This document shows positions 10,904 through 20,893 of a stretch of 64,000 nt of DNA, piece by piece; position 1 is the stretch's first letter; each line of letters opens with the position of its first letter. The DNA is from Mantamonas sphyraenae STR306 (taxonomy: Eukaryota; Protista; CRuMs). The position numbers and the translations under genes were made by a program. A model generated the notes under the pieces. That model saw nothing but the letters and a program-made list of their open reading frames with translations, had not been told where the DNA came from and did no database searches. The DNA is taken from contig JAPMXV010000056.1 in the NCBI GenBank assembly GCA_026936335.1, positions 248,001-312,000 of the forward strand, written 5' to 3'.

Positions 10904-13679
10904 ATGCCCAACGACGACGAATCCCTGTGGGACGAGGAGAGCGGCTCGTCGGGTGACGATGTGCCGCTGGCGCAGATTGTGGCTGGCAAGCGCAAGCGCA
11001 CAGGTGACGCGCGAAAAAGCTCGGCTGACGCAAACAAGAAGAAGCAGCGCGTGGAGGAAGAGGACGAGGGTACGTTTGAAGGCCTTCCCATGGGCCATGC
11101 ATGGGTGGACCCAGGTGTCGCATAGTGCATGCGTGCAAGGGGCCTCGTGCCATGCACGGATGGCAATGCAAAAGCGGTGAAGGTGGCAGCAGTGTGTGTG
11201 TGTGTGTGAGGCTGTGTGTGGCGCTGACGCCTCTTTGCCAAATTTCTCACTCTCCACCGCCCGTTTTTCAGACGACGAGCCACGCACGCCCAAGCGACGC
11301 GCAAAGAGCAAGGCGAAGCGCGGTGGCCGCTCCAAGTATGCGGAGAGTGACGACGAGGATGACTTTGTCATCGATGATGACGAGGACTCGGAGGACGAGT
11401 TTGTGCCGGACGACAGTCCGGCCAAGGGCAAAAAGGGGCGCGCAAAGGCAAAGGCCACGCCCAAAAGCAAGGCCAAGGCCAAACCCAAGGCCAAACCCAA
11501 GACCAAAACGACATCCACCAGCAGCAGAAACAGAGGCAAGCAGGTGGAAGATGACGAGGATGAGTATGATGACGACGACGCCGACGACGACGATTCCGAT
11601 TCCAGCTTTGACGACACGCCCCTTGCCAAGGTGGTGGCCAAGAAAAAGACGAGCACCAAAAAGGCGGCTGCAAGCAAGAAGAAAAAGACGGCCGCCTCAT
11701 CCGCCAAGAAACCCGCCAAGAAGAAGGCTGCGGCGCCCAAGAAGCCCAAGAAGGCGGTGCCGTGTGTGCCGGATCCGCCCGAGAACAAGTGGTGGCTTGC
11801 AGACGACTTTGACCTCGATCTCGACTTTCTGGTCAACGACAACATCGACGGCCGCGGCGGTGGAGCAAGTGGTGTGACTGGCGGAGGCGGAGGCGGAGGA
11901 GGAGGAGGAGGAGACGGCGGCGACGACGACTACGACGATGGCGACGACGACGACGACGACGATAACGACGAGAATGCGTCGCAGAGCAGCAGCAGCCGAG
12001 GGAAAAAGGACAAAGAGGACCAATGGTCGACACTGGTGCACAAGGGGGTGCTGTTTGCGCCCGAGTATGAACCGCATGGGGTGCCGTTGCTGTACGACGG
12101 CAGGGAGGTTGTGCTTCCGCCCGACGCAGAGGAGGTGGCCACATACTACACCACCTTCCTCGAAACAGACTACATCAAGAAGCCCCAGTTCATCCGCAAC
12201 TTTTGGAAGTCGTGGAAGAAGCGGCTGCGGGGCACGGAAATCAAGAAGCTGGAGCTGTGCGATTTCAGCCTGATCCAGAAGCACCTCAAGGCGCAAAAGG
12301 CCATCCGTGACGCGCGCCCGTCGGCAGAGAAGAAGAAGGAGCGTGAGGAGAAGCTCAAGGCGGACGAACCGTACATGTACGCGCTGGTGGACGGTGTCAA
12401 ACAGAAGCTGGGCAACTTCCGCGTGGAACCGCCCGGACTGTTCCGTGGACGTGGCGAGCATCCCAAGATGGGCACGCTGAAGAAGCGTGTGATGCCCGAG
12501 GACATCACGCTGAACATCAGCAAGGGAGCACCCATTCCGCCCTGTCCCATGGAGGGGCACAATTGGGGCAAAATCATCCACAACCCCAAGGTCACCTGGC
12601 TGGCCATGTGGCGCGAGTCCATCAACGAGGGCTATAAGTACGTGTGGTTTGCGGCAGGCTCCAAGGTCAAGGGCAAGAGTGACATCCGCAAGTTTGAGCT
12701 GGCGCGCCGCTTGCACTTGTACATTGACCTGATTCGCAAGAACTACGAGCACTCGCTGAGGCAGGGCAACCTGGCCGACCGCCAGCGCTCCACTGCCCTC
12801 TACCTCATCGACAAGCTGGCACTGCGTGTGGGCAACGACAAGGACGAGACGGAGGAGGCCGACACCGTGGGTTGCTGCTCGCTGCGCGTGGAGCATGTCA
12901 CCATGGTCGACGAGGACAAGCTCAAGGTCAAGCTCAAGTTCCTGGGTAAGGATAGCATTGAATATGACAACGACTTTACGGTCACACAGCCCGTGTGGAA
13001 CAATCTGGTTGAGTTTATGGCCCACAAGCAGCCCGACCAGCAGCTGTTTGACGAACTCAACCCCAGTATGCTCAACAAACACCTGCAGACGCTCATGCCG
13101 GGCCTCTCGGCAAAGGTGTTCCGTACCTACAACGCGTCGGCGACTCTGCAGCGCCTGCTGGAGGAGACCAACCCGAAGGATTCGGAAGCGGTCAAGGCCA
13201 TGTTCTACAACCGAGCCAACCGCGAGGTTGCGGTGCTGTGCAACCATCAAAAGGCGGCGCCCAAGAACCACGCGGACCAGGTGAAGCGCATGCAGGAGCA
13301 ACTGAAGAACTACAAGGCGGAGCTGAAGTCGCTGAAGGCAGACCTCGCACTGGCCAAGAAGGGAGAGAGGACGCGCAGCGATGGAACACGCGTGCCCGGA
13401 GAAGATGTGATCAAGAAGCGCATTGAAACGAAAAAGATGCGCATCGAGAACAAGCAGGTGCAGATCACCACCAAGGAGGATCTCAAGACGGTGTCGCTGA
13501 GCACCTCCAAGATCAACTACCTGGACCCACGCATCACCGTGTCGTGGTGCAAGCGCGAAAACGTGCACCTCAGCAAGTTCTTTACCAAAACCCTCATCGA
13601 CAAGTTCTCCTGGGCCTTGGATTGCGACAAGAACTTTAACTTTTTGAACGTGCCCGAGAAGCCGTCGGTGACAGTGTAG
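10904..13679 (+). CDS. TOP1: DNA topoisomerase IB; exon 1 10904-11069, intron 11070-11271, exon 2 11272-13679
   Basis: GNFRVEPPGLFRGRGEHPKMG, LALRVGN, DTVGCCSLRVEH, FLGKDSI, AKVFRTYNAS, CNHQK, catalytic SKINYLDPRI; phase-1 GT..AG intron joins the two frames. Confidence 0.97.
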
Positions 13680-13689
13680 TTGTATTTTT

Positions 13690-13850
13690 CAGAACACCTC
13701 GCGCCGCATACAGGCGCTAGTTCAATCGAATCTCACTTGGCCACCGTCCTCTACATGTCTACCTGTACATCTTGACTCCCATTGCCTGCATCTTGTCCAC
13801 CATGCATGGCCCGGCGCGCGCTTTCTTGCAAATGCGCGCGCCGATCGCTC
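13690..13850 (-). ncRNA. Candidate omega-RNA (scaffold overlapping the Fanzor ORF 3' end and element end, followed by a flank-derived guide)
   Basis: Perfect 10-bp stem CGGCGCGCGC (13812-13821)/GCGCGCGCCG (13834-13843); only 40 nt separate the stop codon from the element end; position expected for TnpB/Fanzor guide RNAs; boundaries inferred. Confidence 0.35.
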
Positions 13851-14658
13851 CACACCCAGCTGAATGCCCACAGTTCCACGCCACGCCGAGCTGCGTGACA
13901 TTTGTTGGCCATGTTGATGGCAGCACTACGATCTTTGTGTGCCACCCATTCCAGGTTCCCTGGCAGCGCGTTGCTTGCTACCTCGTGAATCCACCAGCGA
14001 TCATTGTGCGATCCATCCTTATTCAGACTCCAGGCGTGTTTGTGAACGACTTTACAGTCGTACGCAGAGCGCTTGGAGGTCTGAGGTTCGGGTGTCATCG
14101 TCAGATTTGACACTGTGGAGATCTGTTTCGCATCTTCCTTCACTGGCACAGAGGCGATCACCGGTGCCGCACCATAGGCCACATGCACTCGGTGGTCGCA
14201 CTGCCGTTGCAGATCTGCCACGACAGCTGCATTGCCGTGTTTCTTGATACGCGCAAGGTGGTGCTTGATCGGTTTCAGTTCTTCGGCCACCTTTTGCGTT
14301 GCCTTCTGTGCTGCCGTCCATGCTTTGGACCCATGCTCTGTGTTGGCCATTGTGATGCCGTGTTCAGTGAGTTGCTTCACAAGCTCACTGTGTCCAGACC
14401 GCGCCTCCAGATGGCGCATGTTGGCTCCGGGTACGTCAAAGGAGTACGCATAGCGGATCCGAAGAACGCCAGCGTCCAGCTCTGCCACCTGCACAGCATC
14501 CAGGTAGTACAGCAGTGCACCCACGTGTTGGTACACACCCGGGTCATAACCCAGCGACAGGCCATGCTCTGCAGACGCAAGGCGAGACGTTGCTTGCGGA
14601 GCCGTCGACGCATCAGAAGCAGCAGAGGATGAGGATGATGATGATGATGAGGAGGAGA

Positions 14659-14704
<46 letters not shown>

Positions 14705-16672
14705 GGAGGAGGAGGAGGATGAGGAGGAGGAGGATGAGGAGTCACCCGAGCACAAGTCCTCCTCCTCGGTTTTGGCCCACCATGACGTCGACAACACAAT
14801 GCCATTCTGTTGGATACCATTGCCAGCCGAGCAAAGGATGTCTTTCCAGTCGCGAAGGAGCTCATCCTGGTCGTCTTTCTGCACGTTCTTTTCTTCCATC
14901 ACATCTTCAAGCTTCTCGGCTGTCGGTGGCCCGTGCTTTCCAAGCTCGCTGACAAACTTGCACACGAGCTCGTGGTCGCTTGGTGACATTGTGCTCTCGA
15001 GTTCTGTCTGCAACCGGTCACGCCACTCCACACCAAAGGCTTTCCATAAGCCGTGCGCCAAAACTTGCATCTGGTGAAGTGTCGGTGCCAGCTTCCCCTT
15101 GTCGTCCACCCATCCCCTCAGGGTGTTTAGGACAGGCACAGTCGGTTGGATATGTCCCTGGTGCGAGCCAACCAGCGACACGCGTTTGCCGTCTTCTGCT
15201 GAAATCGTGAACAGATCCTGCCACATGAATCGTCGTGGTTTGTATCTGGTACTGTACACCGAATCCCCACAGATGATCAGATCATTTGCCAGCTGTACGT
15301 GGAGAAACTTGTTGGGTTGTTTGGGGTTTGCGTTGGGTCCGTTCATGGCAAAGTCTCGAATGGGGTCGAGGTATTCGATTGCTGACCCGTCGCGCAACAG
15401 TTGCATGTTGTAGCCGACGAGGTCGGCAGCACTCCACGTCCGCTTCAGCTCTTGTGGAGCGTCGGTGTCTGCCTTCAACTTTTTCTTCTTGCTCCACAGC
15501 TCGTTGTTTCGCTCCCTCGGCTTCAGAGCTTGCACTTCTTTCCACATTGAATGAAGGGGTGTGTTCTTGTTGGCCATTGTATGCAACAGGGCAATGTCCA
15601 GACCTCCCTGTGCTGTCATGATGGTCTGTGGAATGGCGCCGGCGCGCGATTGTGGCAGGAATGAGCGACCCGTTGCACTACAGAGGCTCGCGGCGGCTGT
15701 GCACGTGGCATGGGCTGCCGCGTCGACGGTGCCGTCGGTCACACCAGTGCTCTTGTAGATGGCCACGAACACAAACACGCAGAGGAAGCGAAGACGTTCC
15801 TGCAAGTGGTTGGCTGTGAGGTTCTCTGCCTCCACGCCCACACCCATATCCGTTTCGGATGGCAACTGCGTCAGCTTCGCCAGGCTTGATTCGTCGACGC
15901 TCCGCCCGCGTGTGCTTCGAAACTCCCCACGCAGAACCTGCCTTTCGTCGGAGGAAAAGAGATCAACCACGAGATCCTTGAACGCCGCCTTCTTTTCCGT
16001 GCAGTCCCCAGCGCTTCCATTCGCAGTGGGTTCTGGCTCGTCTGCGACACCGTTTCCCGCGTTTGTCACCGCAGGTGCAGAGTTCACTGGCGTTTCTGTG
16101 GTGAGCAACGACGAGGCACGGGTCGCATCTCCGTCCTCTCCCTCCGTGCCCCCGTCGTCGCCGTACAGCTCGCCCTCTCCCTCCGTGCCCTCGTCGTCGC
16201 CGTACAGATACTCCTCGTTGTCATCCCATGCGTTTTCTTCTTCGGTGGCAAGCGTAACCTCCGTGCGCAGGTGCTTACGTGTGTTTCTGATGCGCACGCC
16301 GAAAAGGCCTTCCATCAAAACGTCGGCGCTCCTGCCGTTGCCAGCCACCAGCTGTGCCTGCACGCAGTATGCACGGACGAGTGCTCGCAGGGCATACTTG
16401 ATCTGCCCTCGCATGCGTTCCATGTCGTTGTGGAAGCGTGTCACACCCGCGGAGAATCCCAGCGCCTGAAATTCCGCCCACGCGTCGTCACGCGTCCCCT
16501 CCGGCTTGGCTGCTGTTGAATCAGGCTGCTGGTCACAGGCGAACAGCGTGCACAACCCCTTCACCAACGCTTCATACGACTCAGCAGGGGGGAAAGCCAG
16601 CACATGGTGTGTTTGCGACGGTGAATCCGATGATGATGCTGATGACGACGACGAGGATGATCCCCCGACAAC

Positions 16673-16707
<35 letters not shown>

Positions 16708-19690
16708 GGGTGCTGTTGCTGTTGTCGTTGTCATTGTCGTTCTTGTTGCTGGCGAGCAATTTGCCCAGCCACGCTCGGTGTAGCTGAAGTTGTGCGAGGT
16801 ACCCTTCCGCATTGCCTTGGTTCACCACCTGCACGACCTTGCGCATGTCGTCATCCTCCGGTACCAGCCAGCGCCGCTGACGTACGAGCCCAAGAGATCG
16901 TGTGTACTTCGTTGTGAGCAGTTTGCTCGTGTCGGTAGCACGAAATTTCGCTTTAACAACCTTGGCAAGGAGTCCACGCAGCTCGTCGATGACCTCCTGC
17001 GGCAGTCCAACCAGTACTGGCCTTGAATACGATGGGATTGTGGCCGGCAGCTGTTCCTTCGTGATGCGCACCAGCACGGTCTCCCGTGTCACCGCAAACG
17101 GCTCCAGAAGGGGCAAGAGCGTTTGCACCAGCTCCTTGCGCACAACAGTCTGGCTGGTCTTGAGCTGGATGCCGTTTGCCTTGAGAAACTCCCTTGTTGC
17201 TTCGTTGTCCAGCCATTCGTCCCAAGCTGCCTTGTGTATGTACACACTGTGGTTGTTCTCCTGCTTTGCATGACGCACAAGGCTGCTCTCTGCGCCCACC
17301 ATCCGCTCCACAACCCCAATCCAGTCCTTCAGCCCTTCGCTTTCCAGCACCTTGGTGATGTGCGGCACACCCAGCGCTCGTAGAAGGCTTGATGCCTCAA
17401 AGTTGGTCTTGTCCAGAAACAGGTCCACAGGGCGGGCCTTGACAGGCCTCCTGCGTACCCAGACAACGCTCACACCATCCATGACCCGCGAGTGGGGGTC
17501 GGGCAGTTTGGAGGTCACGAGAGAGAGTGTGTCGACAAGAGCGTTGAGGTCGGTTCCTTCTTGAGCGGCAAGTACCTCTGCAGCCAGTACACCCCTCGCC
17601 CTGTTCGGTAGCTTCTGCAGGAGGGTGAACAGGGGGTCACCGTCTCCATCGTGATCATCAACACCGTCCGTGCCGTTTCCATCATCGTTTTCGTCGACGG
17701 CTTCGCTCGCTTCCGCATCGTCCCACAGAACCACCTGCTTCATCCGCTCCAGGTGCTCATCAGTACATATTGCCTTGATTTTTGCAATGGTGGCGTCCAA
17801 CAGGGTCTTCTTCTCCTGGACGGTACTCTTTGAACGGGCCACACCGCGGATCAGCTGTGCCAGTGCCAACGGTTCACTTGCTGTGGACATGTGGTCCCGC
17901 AGTTGATCCATAGTTTTCTTCGTATCCCCAACAACGGAGATGGGAAAGCTCGCGGAGCTCAGCGAGCCCGACCACAACCCTGCCAGGACACGGTACGGCT
18001 GATCAGTGCGCGCGAGCGCGTAACATTTGTCCCCTGTCCCTGTGTACCAGTACCCATGACTCATCAACGAGCCGCCCATGGATTCGCACCATAGCACACC
18101 GTCGTCTGGACAGGCACACAGGGCGGTTTCGGAGGGTTCGTTGTTCAGGCTCCAAACCACCCCATGTGGTACCAGAGCCTGCAGTGCCTCCAAGAACTGC
18201 TTGTGTGACAGCCTGGACCTATTGATGAGGTCTGTGCACCACTTCAGGTACCTTCTGTTGCTCGAGTTGACTTGGGTGTCTTGCAATGGCCGCTGTAGAT
18301 ACAGATGGATTGCCGTGTGCTCTACGCCCAGCTTATCAGCCATGTGTGTGATCTTGTTGATGACCGACTGCATGGCAGCTTCCACAGGCGCATGCGACGC
18401 CGGAGACGCACCCGAGGACAATGACGAAGATGTCGAGGGCGACGGAGACGACGATGTAGAGCGCATCTCTCGAAGAATCATGTCTTCCACGTGTGTAATG
18501 TGGAGTGCCGTGCTAGACGGTAGTGGGCTTGACGGTGCGGACACAGCAAGAGGATTGCGACCATTTCCACACAAGTAGTCTTGGAGCTCTTTGTATGTGA
18601 GTTTGCCCTCGGAATTAACAACGGGCCTCGAGTTTGGGTCTTGCGTACGCATCACGTTGAAGGAGACGGACGTGAAGGATAGGGGCAGGGGGTGAAGCGG
18701 ACGGACCGAAATGTTTTTGCCTCCTGCTGCGTCGGGCAGGCGCTGTTCAACGGCAGTTGCCAGCCGCTCACATATCTCAATCAGGTCAGACGTCGAGAGT
18801 GGAGTGCAATCTTCAACCCACTTGCATCCCTCACTGCACAGCCCCCCTGCAGTGGCTGCGTCTACCCGCAATTGCGAAGCGCAAAAACTTGGCCCTCCTG
18901 CACGAACACCGTCAAAGTCGGGATTGGCATACTCTGGCAGCATGACCAATGGACGCAACGTGAACACCTCGGAGTGCAGTTTGTACATGAACAGGACATC
19001 GTTGTCAACGTCGTAGATGCCCACGTTGGCGACGAGAGCGAGAACGGCGTGTGCATAAAGAAGGTGCTCCCCGTCAGAAACAACTCCGTCCCGCATGCCG
19101 TAGCGCAGAATCTTCAGCACCAGGCCAACATGCATCTCAATAGGACATGGCACTCGCGCGCGGTGGCTCTTGTTGCAGAAATGTGTGACCATGGCCCAGG
19201 CAGCCGCGTCGATCTTCTGGTGCGGTTTCTGCGGCGGCGCCTTGTCACGATACTGCTCAACCAAGACCTTTGTAGTGGTGTACACATGGTCATAGTATGC
19301 AGTGTCAGCCAAGGTGTCATCGCTGCTGCCCACCTTGGCTTCTTGGGCTTCCCGCCTTGTTTGTGCACGTGTTTTCATTGGCAGGGGTTCAGCGAGCGCA
19401 GATCATGGCGAAGGGAGGCTTTGTTGCTCACCACAAGGGCACCCTGCTCTCAGATGTGAAAGGTAGACATGAATGGAACAGACAGCGGAGATCCATCACC
19501 GTTGCAAAGCATGGAACCTTTTCCAGCCAAGCGAGGAGAGAGCTGAATGAGGAAGCTATCGCTCGTGCAAGCACACCATGGAACACTGACGTGGTAAAGC
19601 TGCGCATGCGGTGGTTTCCAACGCACACACAGCGTTTCATTGCGAGCGGGTGTCTCCAAAGAAAACGAGTCGCTCGATTGAAAACCCCTG
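13711..19690 (-). mobile_element. Putative TA-flanked TIR transposon (Tc1/mariner-like ends, no recognisable transposase) carrying a giant Fanzor-like gene
   Basis: Left end TA|CAGGCGCTAGTTCAATCGA (TA 13709-10); right end TCGATTGAAAACCCCTG|TA (TA 19691-92; reverse complement CAGGGGTTTTCAATCGA). Removing it leaves 50 bp between the TOP1 and HMT stop codons, typical of this window. Confidence 0.65.
13751..19378 (-). CDS. Giant (1875 aa) Fanzor/TnpB-like protein with C-terminal RuvC nuclease; N-terminal ~1500 aa unassigned
   Basis: RuvC-I LSLGYDPG (D1612); VHVAYGAA (G1736 at the canonical RuvC-II position); alternative Glu in EPQTSK (E1764); RuvC-III AHKDRSAAINM (D1816). Motif order and spacing match Fanzors; intronless. 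Confidence 0.75.
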
Positions 19691-19711
19691 TAGTCTGCAA
19701 GCCACACCCAA

Positions 19712-20710
19712 TTAATGTACGTCGTCATCATGTGTTTTGCTCTCGTTGGCCAACGTTGTTGAGTCGTCGTCGTCCGCCGTCATGGTGGCGAGGAGGGCAG
19801 GGTTGATGCGGCAGCATCCGCCGATGGCATGCGCCGTCTTGCGCCACTGTGCAGCCAGTAGAGCCAGATCCTCGGGCTCTGTTTGTGAATTGGGCACCCA
19901 TGCACGCGCCTCTGCATCCCACAGCTCGCCTCTGTTGGGATATGCAAGGAGCCGTGTGGAGGTGCCTTTGGTCAGCGGCGCAGCCGTGTCAAGAAAGGGT
20001 TGGATGTGGGAAGGGTGGGAGCAGTTGGCACCCACAGCCACCACCTGCGTGCTTTCGACAGCGAGGGCCACCGCATCAGCCACTGCGTCGCCGCCGCAGG
20101 TTGTGTCGCCGTCGCGGAGCGAGAACGAGAGCCAGCATGGCATGCTGGGATCGACCTCTGCCAGGCACTCGAGCATCAATGAGGCTTCAGACACACGTGG
20201 AAGTGTTTCCAACGCCACCATGTCCGGAGACGCAGCCACGAGGGCGGCCAGTTTGCGCGTGTGGTGATCACGAAGCGTCTGCTCGTCCACAGAGCCATAA
20301 TCACCCGAAAATTCGCTGCCGTCTGCCAGACAGGCCCCATAAGGCCCCATGGAACCGACAACGAGAGCGGTGCGTGTGCCATGTGCTCGTGCGTGTGCGT
20401 CGACTGCGTTGCGAGCCAGCTGCACGCCCCTGGCGATCATGTCCGCAGCCTCGTCGTCTTGGAGACCCAATTCAGCCACAATGCCCTCGATGCTGGCCTG
20501 GTAGGTGGCCGTGCACACCACTTGTGCGCCGGCATCGAGAAACTCGGTGTGGATGCGTTCCACGAGGTCGGGCTGCTCCCGGATGAGCCGTGCAGACCAA
20601 AGCTTGCTGCTGAGATCCTCCCCCAAGTCTTCTGCATGTGTGGAGAAGCCGCCGTCGAGGATGTGGATGCCATCGAGGGGATGGGGCGCGTTCTCACGGT
20701 GGAGTGACAT
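19712..20710 (-). CDS. Homocysteine S-methyltransferase (MmuM/HMT family)
   Basis: ILDGGFST, LWSARL, FLDAGA..TATYQAS, GSMGPYGACLADGSEF, GANC, YPNRGELWD, IGGCCRI (zinc-binding Cys). Confidence 0.93.
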   Translation of the reverse strand: MSLHRENAPHPLDGIHILDGGFSTHAEDLGEDLSSKLWSARLIREQPDLVERIHTEFLDAGAQVVCTATYQASIEGIVAELGLQDDEAADMIARGVQLARNAVDAHARAHGTRTALVVGSMGPYGACLADGSEFSGDYGSVDEQTLRDHHTRKLAALVAASPDMVALETLPRVSEASLMLECLAEVDPSMPCWLSFSLRDGDTTCGGDAVADAVALAVESTQVVAVGANCSHPSHIQPFLDTAAPLTKGTSTRLLAYPNRGELWDAEARAWVPNSQTEPEDLALLAAQWRKTAHAIGGCCRINPALLATMTADDDDSTTLANESKTHDDDVH

Positions 20711-20893
20711 TTTTGTTGGCTGCCCCACACAGCGCATGGGGTTGATGAGTGCGTGTGTGTGGTGGGTTTTGGGATGTGGTGTGGACATGGTGAAGCCATG
20801 GTGTGCGGTTGGTTTCTGCTGAGGACGTTGTGTTGCAGAGAGATGCCACGTCACACGACACCATGGCGCTGTTCGGCCCAGAAGAGACGCGGC

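Noticed and set aside
13701-13720. Hairpin followed by CTAG as a Helitron 3' end
   Set aside because: The hairpin abuts CTAG without the usual spacing, orientation does not fit the element, and there are no Rep/helicase motifs
17395-17430. DLFLDKTNF in the giant ORF as the first Asp motif of an IS630/Tc1 DDE transposase
   Set aside because: No downstream DNAxxH or SPDLNPIE-like motifs were found, so a transposase call is unsupported
13675-19694. TGTAGT direct repeat (13675-80 and 19689-94) as a 6-bp target-site duplication
   Set aside because: It overlaps the TOP1 stop and has no adjoining inverted repeat on the left; the TA|CAGG...CCTG|TA ends explain the boundaries better
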